Below are positions 44,574 through 53,607 of a stretch of 64,000 nucleotides of DNA, piece by piece; within the stretch, counting starts at the first letter, position 1, and each line of letters begins with the position of its first letter. Both the position numbers and the translations under genes were made by a program. The notes beneath the pieces were generated by a model that was given only the letters and a program-made list of their open reading frames with translations, was not told the origin of the DNA and made no database searches. Source of the DNA: Diplonema japonicum (lineage: Eukaryota; Protista; Euglenozoa: Diplonemea); the NCBI GenBank assembly GCA_964019335.1, contig OZ025667.1, positions 558,001-622,000 of the forward strand, given 5' to 3'.

Positions 44574-44815
44574 ATGGCCGGGAAAAAGTTTTCTCCAAAC
44601 TATTGAAGGGTGCCTCTCGCCTGAAGAGGTCAGCACCTGGAGGAGTAGCAAGATTTGACCGAAACTGAGAGATACCCAGTACTGGCCATACCCCCCCCCC
44701 CCCCCCCCCCCACCCCTTTTGTTAGGGCATGCAGCTTTCGTCTCAGGGAGCTTGCATGTTTTTTGGACGGTTCGGAGCATGCTGGTGAGCGCGAAAGCGC
44801 GAACTTTTAAATGTC
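44574..44815 (+). mobile_element. Candidate SINE/retrozyme-like element with hammerhead-like core and LINE-type tail
   Basis: CTGAAGA-GGTCA...TGACC-GAAA-CTG...CAGT-A at 44621-44681. The tail at 44781-44815 resembles the LINE ends at 17497-17527 and 26310-26319. T-tracts on both sides. Confidence 0.45.
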
Positions 44816-45664
44816 TGATTTCTTTTTTTTTTTATTCTCAGAAGATTGACAGTTCTATTTAAAGATCAGAAGTATCTCGACACACCCCTCATGATGTAAT
44901 TTTTTTTTTTTATATTATTTTTCAACTTCTAATCAAGTTTTTTTTTTTCCCAACAAAAAAAAAAGTTTTTTTCCCTCAAGCTCAACTAAAATTTATTCGA
45001 AGCTTCTTTGTATACCACTATATTCTTCCCCCCTCCCCCTTCTCCCCCCCCCTCTTTTTTTTGTCCGTCAAAAAACAATAAAAAAAATATAACTTATTCA
45101 CATGTGTGTGACTGGAGAAAGAAAAAATATAAAAAAAAATATTGCCCGGTTTGCTTTCCTTTTTTTTTTAAAACCCCTTTTTTCTGTCTTTTTTTCCATC
45201 GATGTAAGAGTGAGGAGAAATGAGAAGAAGAGAAAAGAGTTTAAGTGCTTTAACATTTTTGTTCTAAGAGGGAAGTTTTTCTCTTTCTTTTTTTTTGCAC
45301 GCTTAACGCCACCTAGTGTTGCAATCAAAGCCCCATTTTTTTTCTCTTTTTTTTTAGTAACCGGTTAAACCTTTCTTTCCCACACCCATTGTGATCCTTT
45401 TTTTTTCTCTTTTTTTATTTTTTCTGCCTTCTTCGTGTATGCTACCTAGGGGTACTGGCTAAAAAACACCCCCTCCCTTCCCACTTAACGCCTATTTTTC
45501 TCTTTTTTTTTTTTCTTCTTTCTTTCTACCTCTTGCTGTCTGGAGGCGAATTTTATGGGAAAACAACAAAAAAAAAAAAAAAAAAAAAAAAAAAAACAAG
45601 AGGGGGAGAGAGAGGGGGGGGAGAAATCAACAGAAAGATGGGGATGTTTTCGCTATGCTGTGGT

Positions 45665-45698
<34 letters not shown>

Positions 45699-45791
45699 TC
45701 AAACCACATGCTCTTTTTAATTTAAATTTATTTACTTTTTTTTTTTATTTCTATCCAGACCAAGCAGTGTTCTCGGGAGACTAGCTTTTCT

Positions 45792-46573
45792 TTTTATTTC
45801 ACAGTTTATTTCCCTCGGCCTAAATTCTCAAAGAGCGGGGAACGTAAAGTAGGGTTTCCCCCCCCCCCCCCCCCCCCCGGGCAAATAAACTTTTAAGCCA
45901 AATTTAACAGGGCGGGGAAATAAACTAACATACTTCTTCCAGCTCTTTTTTTTTTATCAAAGATGCCAAAAAGCAAGAAGGTCAAGCGCATGGAAGAGAT
46001 CTATGAGTCAAACACATAGAACCCTTCCTATGAAAAAGCGTGGACTGCGATGCTCGAGTCAGAGAACATAGCAGGGAAGCCGCGTGAGCAAGATATCGTG
46101 AGCTACTCCCAAAGCAGGAGGGAAGCCGGGCTCAAGGCATCGAGCCTCTGGTGTCTTTACTCCAAATTGAACGCAACCTTCAAAGCCAAGTACAACTGCA
46201 AACTACAAGCTTGGCCTCGCTTGACGTCTTTGTTAAAGTCCTGGGACCTTAACGAAGAGCGTCACGTGGCTGCCACTTTATCAAGTGACGAGGTTCAAGA
46301 TTATATTGAACAAAAAAAAAGGGACCGCTACCGCCGCTATCGTTGCTTGCATGTTTAGCGGGGGCATGAGAGCTTTGAGAATTTAGGCCTCGGGAAAATA
46401 AACTGTAAATAAAACGCCGTATTCCGAGGTAAAGTAGGGTTTACCTTTTCCCTCGACAGATTGTCCTGGCCCCTCGGAACCAATTTTTACCGAGCGAAGC
46501 GAGGTAAAAATTATGTCCTCGGGAGCCACAATCTGTCTCGGGGAAATAAACCCTACTTTATTGCCCCGGAATA
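45792..46573 (+). mobile_element. Internally deleted Crypton-like tyrosine-recombinase element
   Basis: Broken ORF from 45963 (stop at 46017, frameshift near 46320) with SSLWCLYSKLNATF...WPRLTSLLK...LSSDEVQDYI, then AIVACMFSGGMR. 42-bp inverted repeats at 45792-45833 and 46373-46414; 154-bp palindrome at 46420-46573. Confidence 0.7.
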
Positions 46574-46918
46574 AATAGTTATTTTTGTTGTTCACCACCT
46601 TCAACACCTTTTTTTTAAAAAATCTTTTTCGAGACTAAACTGAGTTGGTTCGGCATTTTTTTTTTTTTCAATGACAATAAGACATCAAAGGAGAATGAGC
46701 AATACAAACCTTCGCTAGAGGTTTCCCATTTCAATGTTTTTTTTTTTTTATTATTATTCTCCCACGCTAAGTCTGAAAAAGAAAAAAAAAGAGTCGCTGT
46801 ATGACATAAAATTTGTTTCAGAAGAAGTGAAACCAAAAAGAAATAAAATAAAAAAAATAATAATAATTGTGGAATGCGTCGTCCTAATGTAAATCTCACC
46901 GATTTTTATGGGCAAGAG

Positions 46919-46955
<37 letters not shown>

Positions 46956-47669
46956 TATTCTTCAAGATTTTTATCCTTATGTGCCCCTTATGCGAATTGT
47001 CGGGTTCCTTGTACCTACCTGCCAGTATGGCAGCAAGAGATACAAAACCTCAGTTTTCCCTGTGCGTCAACGGGATAAGTTGGTCGAAGAGGAGGGAAGC
47101 CACTGCAGATGACCTGCACCAAGGCAGCAACCTACTCTTCACCCCCTTTTTTTTTCCCTTTTTTCTTGGAATTAAGCCAGCAACCTTCTCATAGAAGCCT
47201 AAGAGATGATGATATTCCCATTCCCTTTTCCTTGTTTCCCACCCCATTGTTTAACATTCCATATCTTCTACCAAGAGAAACAGAAAAAAAAAAAAAAAAA
47301 AAAAAAAAACAACAATGGGAAGAGATTGTAAGTATTTCTTTGTTTTTTTCTTTCTTTCTTTTATTTTATCCCCTCCCTCCCCTCTTCTCCCCTCTATCTA
47401 TTTTGGTATTTCTTCTTTTTCTTTCTCATCTGGACAGAATGGGTTCAGCGAGGGGGTGGGAAGGTGAGATATCTTTGGCACCTTTTTTTTTTTTTTTTTT
47501 TTTTCTCTCTCTCTTTTTTTTTTAGTAGCTGGAAACCTTTTAGTTCCCCCTCCCCCCCAACGAAGTTCTTTTTTTTTGAAGGGGGATAAATAAAAAAGGC
47601 TTACAGATCCTCCCCCTGCCTACTGTCTAGTTTCCCCATTAAGAAATAATCGAGCAAAAAAAAGGGGGG

Positions 47670-47854
47670 GGCCTGTGTAACTATTGTATAGTTGGCCTTG
47701 TGCCCTGCACAAGTCAGAAGTGTATACATTACACAGCTGGTGCTATGGTTACTTGATGCGGTGAACTCATCGCATCACTGCCAAACCAAGCATTCTAATG
47801 TGGTTTATTTAATCAAGGGTGGTCCTCAAGTGGGATTTGCCCTTAAACATCGCC
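47670..47854 (+). mobile_element. Short hairpin-rich element ending in the 40-nt LINE 3' stem-loop (SINE-like; 5' boundary uncertain)
   Basis: 47815-47854 matches 57977-58016 at 39/40 nt. The upstream sequence is unrelated to ORF2 and contains four hairpins. Confidence 0.6.
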
Positions 47855-48442
47855 TTTTATCTAATTACTATTATTTATACAGGTGGAAGTGTCCCCCCAC
47901 CCCACCATCCACTTTTTTTTTTCCTACCCTTGTAGAATGGATTTTTTTTTTTTTTTTTTTTTTTTTTGATATTCCCATCCACACGATGGGAGCAAGGCAA
48001 GCATTGTAAAGTTGCAAAATATATGGGTATTTCTATGGTAAAAAAAGAAAAAAAAAAAAAAAAAGAAAAAAGATCTCTGGGAAGAATTTCGGTAGGGAGG
48101 GGGTCTAGTGCCTTTTACCCGTGTTTTATAGGTCTCGGAAAATGGTGTTCTTTGTGTTTTTGACAGTTTTAATAAGATATGTTGGCCGCCGCTTTTTTTT
48201 TTTCTTTTTTTTTTTTTATTCCCCGGGTTTTCTGTAATGACATCTACCGTATAAAAACCCATATTCCACGCGAAGAAAAGAAGAAAGAAAATGGGGGAAA
48301 TGAAAAAGAAAAGAAAAAAAGAGAAAAAGGAAAACCAAGTGGAAGGGGAGGGGTGTTTATTGCATTTTCCTCTTTTCCCAATCACCCCCTTTTTTTTACA
48401 TTCTACTCTTTCCCCCCCTCTCTTGCAACTTTTTAACTCTCG

Positions 48443-48476
<34 letters not shown>

Positions 48477-48489
48477 GTGTCTTTGTGCG

Positions 48490-49440
48490 ATGCCTCACAA
48501 ATGGTCGGATCCGGTCAAGCAGAGCTTCTGTGGTAACCAGACCTCGCATCTTGTGATGAAGGGCAACGAGGCTGCGAGGCTCTGCCCTCCAGACAGTACA
48601 ATCAAGGTTGTAAGAGAAGACCTAGAAGTGGGCAACGCAATACCTTATAAAAACATGAAGGGAAAGAAAAGGAGAGGCGGGTGGGTACAGTGGGGAAGCC
48701 GTACTGTGTCGAATGACGACACCACTAAAGTGTTCGGTGGGAGAGTGAAAGATTTTCTAGAAGTAGACACGGACCTCTACGCAGTCTTAGAAATCGAAGA
48801 AAAAGAAAAAAAAGAAGATCAAAATCCTGAAGAAGAAGAAACCGCCCTCCCCAGCCTGTTTAGCATTTTCAAGGATGGTGACAATTACCACACATCCCCT
48901 CTGAATCAGGTGACGGGTGGTACTACATACTCTCAGAAAGATCTTCCAGACGATCTTGCGAAGGTTGTCTCGCGAGGACTGTACCTTCAGAAGGACTCGG
49001 ACCCCCCGGTGCTTTTGGAAAGCGATGCAACACCGCAAACGACAGCAGCGTTCGCACCGTTTCAACAGGGAGATGGTTTTTTCATCGTAACATCCTCATG
49101 TGTTTATTCTTCAACTGGAGAAATCGTTCAGAAAATCCCATTTACAACCCCCATCCTTGCCGTTTGCTGTCTTAATAGCACAAACACACTCCGGGTCATG
49201 ACCGGGACCAAGTACCCATCCCCTATTGAAGAGCAACCTACCTTTATGTACACACCCGACGCCGTCACATCGAGCTACGGGGACCTGTTGTTCTACGATC
49301 TGAGCGAAACCTCAACAAAAGAAACCCTTAACAAAGAAGGAACGGACATGGCGGCATTGCTCGCTGGTATCGGTGCCATGCTCGACGAGAAGCTGAAACC
49401 ATTGCAAGACAGGTTGGAGAAACTAGAAGCGAAACAGTAA
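48490..49440 (+). CDS. Hypothetical protein (316 aa) with short C-terminal coiled coil
   Basis: ATG ORF bounded by homopolymer tracts. Confidence 0.7.
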   Translation: MPHKWSDPVKQSFCGNQTSHLVMKGNEAARLCPPDSTIKVVREDLEVGNAIPYKNMKGKKRRGGWVQWGSRTVSNDDTTKVFGGRVKDFLEVDTDLYAVLEIEEKEKKEDQNPEEEETALPSLFSIFKDGDNYHTSPLNQVTGGTTYSQKDLPDDLAKVVSRGLYLQKDSDPPVLLESDATPQTTAAFAPFQQGDGFFIVTSSCVYSSTGEIVQKIPFTTPILAVCCLNSTNTLRVMTGTKYPSPIEEQPTFMYTPDAVTSSYGDLLFYDLSETSTKETLNKEGTDMAALLAGIGAMLDEKLKPLQDRLEKLEAKQ

Positions 49441-49497
49441 AAAAAAAAAAAAAAAAGGAATTCTTGTTTTTCTTTTACACCAACCCCTTATTTCAGA

Positions 49498-50508
49498 ATG
49501 CTCCGACCGCTTTTATACACAACATGCTGCACCGCTGCTGTGGGGTACCCGTCGTGGGCGAACCCGTTACTGTACACAGATACGGTTGAGAAGACTATAT
49601 TTATATCGTCGTTCCAACAGGATGTCAAGGTGATGAAGAGTAGGTACGACCTGAAGACGGCAAAGCAACAGTGCAACGCCGAAGTGACGGAAGTTATAGA
49701 GTACGACTTCTCCCCAAGGAGCCTCGACCTCCTGAAGGACCCGAGAAATACCATTCCGTACTACTCTAGAATGGAACGACAGTACCACCAAGATCCTTCC
49801 GATCTACAAATATCACTACGTTCAGTTACCGTACTCTCCGGTGCGTCATGGGTGGCCATCAAGTCCAGCGGATACCTAACAGTTCAAAACCAAGCATTCT
49901 TCGGGATTGATTTGGAATTTTCCCCGCCGTCACGAGGGAGGGTCAAGGTGAAGATTGTTCTTGACATCGTGAATTTCCTGGAATCAAGGCAAGACTACAA
50001 TCTTATAAAATGGCGGCCCTTCGGCAACAATTGGGAAGGCCCAACGGGTGCTTTTATCGCGAATATATCTATCGACGTGCACCTGCCGTGGGGTTCGAAC
50101 TCTCGAGATTCCCACCCTGTTAAACACAAACTACCGCCGAATAAAGGCTTCAACATATTCACAACACTAAGAGACCCCCTTCCAGACGAGGACTGGTCCC
50201 CCACATCTGTCGCTGTACGGTACGAGTACAACCTGTGGACCTCGGAGTGGGAAACCCTCCCGCCGCAAACCCTTAAAATCGACCTTCTCTTCGACCAACA
50301 GCAGCCGCGGTGCAACGCCTTCCCTTACTGGATCTACCTCGTGTCATTTGGAGCGGCGCTTGTGTTTTTCGCGTTCTTTTTTTCGGTCGTTGGTTTCCTT
50401 TACTTTGAAAAGCCTTGGATTACGTTTCTAAGAGAGGACTCCTTGAATGCACGGCGGTACCAGCTGTGGAAGTTTCGAGAAAAGAAACTGGAAGATGAGA
50501 TGCGTTAA
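49498..50508 (+). CDS. Hypothetical type I membrane protein
   Basis: N-terminal signal-like segment and C-terminal hydrophobic helix YWIYLVSFGAALVFFAFFFSVVGFLYF. Confidence 0.75.
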   Translation: MLRPLLYTTCCTAAVGYPSWANPLLYTDTVEKTIFISSFQQDVKVMKSRYDLKTAKQQCNAEVTEVIEYDFSPRSLDLLKDPRNTIPYYSRMERQYHQDPSDLQISLRSVTVLSGASWVAIKSSGYLTVQNQAFFGIDLEFSPPSRGRVKVKIVLDIVNFLESRQDYNLIKWRPFGNNWEGPTGAFIANISIDVHLPWGSNSRDSHPVKHKLPPNKGFNIFTTLRDPLPDEDWSPTSVAVRYEYNLWTSEWETLPPQTLKIDLLFDQQQPRCNAFPYWIYLVSFGAALVFFAFFFSVVGFLYFEKPWITFLREDSLNARRYQLWKFREKKLEDEMR

Positions 50509-50640
50509 AAAAAGAAAAAAAAAAACTATTTTTACAAATAGATCACCCCCCCCCCTCTTTTTCTTTATCCTCTATTCTTCTAAAAGATTTATAAAAAACG
50601 CAACGGAAAAAAAAAAGAGAGGGTAAAAAGAGAAAAGCAA

Positions 50641-51000
50641 ATGCTGAGAAGAAGTTTTGCCAGGCTGTGTGAGATCAATGTGACGTTTAAGACCCATGGA
50701 GGTGAGATTGTGAAGGCTAAAGGAAAACTTGGGATGTCGCTTATGGAGGCTGGGAAGGGTGCTGGGGTAGACATCGAGGCAGCCTGCGATGGTGCCTGTG
50801 CTTGCAGTACTTGCCATTGTTTCGTTGCACCCGAATGGTTGGATAAAATCCCCGCTGCCACTGAGGACGAAGAAGACATGCTTGACATGGCAATGGATCT
50901 TAGAGACAACAGCCGGCTTGCGTGCCAGATCGACCTCACCCCTGAACTCAATGGGATTGAGGTGGAAATGCCGCAGGAGGTTGCCAGCCAGCTTTCGTGA
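50641..51000 (+). CDS. Mitochondrial adrenodoxin-type [2Fe-2S] ferredoxin
   Basis: ACDGACACSTCH...EEDMLD...SRLACQI; MLRR presequence. Confidence 0.95.
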   Translation: MLRRSFARLCEINVTFKTHGGEIVKAKGKLGMSLMEAGKGAGVDIEAACDGACACSTCHCFVAPEWLDKIPAATEDEEDMLDMAMDLRDNSRLACQIDLTPELNGIEVEMPQEVASQLS

Positions 51001-51136
51001 GAGTTCTTGAAATGGGCTCTTTTTTTCTTTTTCTTTCCAATGTGTGTTTTTTTCTTTTTTTTTCTTTTTTTTTTCTTTTTTTCTTTTTCGTAGTTTTATT
51101 TGTCATCACTCGTGTTGAAAGAATTTTACTTTTTTT

Positions 51137-51152
51137 TTTCTGTACTTTATTG
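51137..51152 (+). other. Remnant of the 3' end of the euglenozoan spliced-leader exon
   Basis: TTTCTGTACTTTATTG equals the last 16 nt of the Leishmania/Diplonema-type SL as I recall it, and is followed by GT. Confidence 0.75.
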
Positions 51153-51396
51153 GTGTCCGACCGTGCCAATAAAGTCAATAGGTAATACGGTTTGAAAAGA
51201 AGAAAAATAGAAGAAGAGTAAAAGACGAGAAGACAGAGGGAAGAATCAATAGAAAGCGAAGAACTAGGAAGACAAATCAAAAGAAGGAAGCGAAGGACGA
51301 AAAAGACTGGAGGATAAAATCAAAGCGAAGCGAAAGGACGAGAAGACAATAACAACAGAGAAGGTAAAAACGACAGAAGGGATAGGTCGGAGCAGG

Positions 51397-53607
51397 ATGG
51401 GGTTCCAAGACCTCTCACGAGCGCTGAAGGGGTTTGGCATGACGGTGGAGGCGGGGAAGGACTACACCTTGTACGGAGTGCTAGCAAAGAAGTTAGCGAT
51501 GAAGAAGGCAGAGGTGCAGGGCATGGTCCTGCAGGAACTGAGGCGGAACGAGGCGGAGTACACCCCACTCGTGGAAGGAGGAGACTTCGACGGCTTCTGT
51601 GTAGCACACAGCCGAGAAGGATCCGTCGCAGACAGCCTGTGCATCCAGGCCGCCGCAAGAGCACTGAAAGCCAACATTCATGTTGCAGTGCTTGCAGAGG
51701 GGTCCCTAGTAGTGCAGGTCGCTCAAGGCGGGAAAAAGAGGGTGCACATAGGGCACGACGGACAGGGAAGGTTCTGCTTTGTCGCTGAGCCCTTCGAAAA
51801 AGGGGTGCTGAAGACCGTTCAACGGAAGTTTGAGCTGGTGAAGGTGAGGATGCCAACGACTGACGGAGAACGCAAATCCTGGCGCACCCCCAGCAACAAC
51901 AAGAAGAGAACGGCCCCAGTGAAGGAGGACGCCAAGAAAGTGTGGAAGCTAGAAAAGGACCAGTTTCAAGTCCCCTTCATCGAGATGGAGGACATGGCGA
52001 AGGGAATGGACGGCGTGGTGCTACTGTCTGAGGAGAGTTTGTTGAAGGTGCAGGCAATGAAATGGTCAGGGATCAAGGGGGTGCTCACGAAGCAAGGGGG
52101 GGACGGAAGGCTGGAAGTCGACATCGTCGTCAAGACGGCAACCGAGTACAGCAACAAGACGATGTTCCTGACGGCGCTGAGCGGGAGAGTCGAGCTGGTT
52201 GCACCTACAGGCACGGTGGACATAGACCTGGGGAAGATGTTCGTCAGAGCAGCAGTTGTGGTCGCGAAAGAGCACGCCTCGCCAGAACTCTGGGAACGAA
52301 TGGTGAACGGACCGCACGGCCAGCTGAGGAAGATGGGCTGCCGGGGCGTCCTGAGGGTAGACAAGCACCTGAACGGGGTACAACGAGTCGACGCGCTGGT
52401 AACGCTCCCGAAGGAAAGGCTGGCGGGGATGCTGAAGGACTCAGGGAAGGACGGGGTCTTCCTCAAACTGAAAGACGGGAAGCTCGGGCCGGTTGCGTGG
52501 CTTCCAAAGGACACAACGCTGGACGTAGCGTTGGCGCAGGCAGAGGCGGAGGGTCTGGCGATGCGGGACGGTGACGGCCGCATCGGGATACGGACGACGG
52601 AGGAACGGAAGATCGCCATCCTCAACAAGGCGATGGGAGAGGGTGCGAGGCTGGAGGGCCAACACGGGGAGCCGACGTGGAAGCTCACCGGGCTCTACTC
52701 GGATTGCAGCGAACAGCACGTGGAGAGGATCACCGCAAAGATGGGATGGAAGGGAGTACCAGTCAGAGGCGGATGGAGCAACGGGACACGGTGCTGGTAC
52801 ATCAGAGGAACGAAACCTCCGACCGACAAGGTGAGGATCACGACCCCGACAGGGAAGATCCTAAACTGCAGAATCACGTCGGATACGTCGCCCAGACCGA
52901 TGGCCACCTTAAAGTCACACCCAGGGCAGACATGGAGCAGAAAACAGTCCTCGCCAGCTGGGGCCAAGTCCTATCTGAACGCGGCAGCAGGGGTTGCTAA
53001 GACTACTCCCACCCCTAGCACCAAGACTCAGGCAACGAAGGATTCGCCAGACACAAAGGGAAAGGTGCAAAAGAACACGTCGATGGAAGACCGTCTAGGT
53101 GCGATCGAAAAAGCGATTCAGAAACTCTCCGGCAGACCACTCAAGAAACCAAAGGAGTCGTCGGAGGTCCTGAAACTGAGAAAGGAAAATGACGAGCTAC
53201 GCCAGGAGGTACGCCAACTACAGCAGGCGATGACGGAGCTAACAGCCCAACTGAAGGTATTCGTGAAGCAGGGGCAGAGGTCGGAAGAAGCATGCTCCCC
53301 GCAGTATGGCACGGAGATGGAAGGAACAGAAGATGCTGAGTCTAGTTTGGGACCACCGCCTACGGGGACGGATACGGACATTGAAACTGAAGGGGGAGAC
53401 GGGGACGAGGAACTGTTGGAGGAAGGAGACCTTACCATTTGCGTGACAGGAAAGACGCACGTCTTCAACGGCACGTACTCGACCTGGAGGGGAGCAGTGT
53501 GCAAGATATGCGATGAAGGGGTGCACAAGAAGAACCAGGCCCAACAATGCATAATAAACGAGTGCAGGACCACCGTGTGCCGTAGTTGTATGGAAGGCGG
53601 GTGGTGA
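51397..53607 (+). CDS. Retrotransposon ORF1: pseudo-OTU domain, coiled coil, C-terminal Cys/His zinc finger
   Basis: ELRRNEAEYTPLVEGGDFDGFC...LCIQAAARALKANIHV (OTU-like); LRKENDELRQEVRQLQQAMTELTAQL; H...CKIC...C...C...CRSC. Confidence 0.9.
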   Translation: MGFQDLSRALKGFGMTVEAGKDYTLYGVLAKKLAMKKAEVQGMVLQELRRNEAEYTPLVEGGDFDGFCVAHSREGSVADSLCIQAAARALKANIHVAVLAEGSLVVQVAQGGKKRVHIGHDGQGRFCFVAEPFEKGVLKTVQRKFELVKVRMPTTDGERKSWRTPSNNKKRTAPVKEDAKKVWKLEKDQFQVPFIEMEDMAKGMDGVVLLSEESLLKVQAMKWSGIKGVLTKQGGDGRLEVDIVVKTATEYSNKTMFLTALSGRVELVAPTGTVDIDLGKMFVRAAVVVAKEHASPELWERMVNGPHGQLRKMGCRGVLRVDKHLNGVQRVDALVTLPKERLAGMLKDSGKDGVFLKLKDGKLGPVAWLPKDTTLDVALAQAEAEGLAMRDGDGRIGIRTTEERKIAILNKAMGEGARLEGQHGEPTWKLTGLYSDCSEQHVERITAKMGWKGVPVRGGWSNGTRCWYIRGTKPPTDKVRITTPTGKILNCRITSDTSPRPMATLKSHPGQTWSRKQSSPAGAKSYLNAAAGVAKTTPTPSTKTQATKDSPDTKGKVQKNTSMEDRLGAIEKAIQKLSGRPLKKPKESSEVLKLRKENDELRQEVRQLQQAMTELTAQLKVFVKQGQRSEEACSPQYGTEMEGTEDAESSLGPPPTGTDTDIETEGGDGDEELLEEGDLTICVTGKTHVFNGTYSTWRGAVCKICDEGVHKKNQAQQCIINECRTTVCRSCMEGGW

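Noticed and set aside
46980-47150. GC-balanced island with small hairpins (CTGCC/GGCAG, TGCAG/CTGCA)
   Set aside because: 5-bp stems are expected by chance; no second copy or motif seen.
51137-51260. Complete SL RNA gene or HDV-like ribozyme at the LINE 5' end
   Set aside because: The 5' part of the SL exon and an SL-intron/Sm-like region are absent, and no P3/L3 fits the HDV topology.
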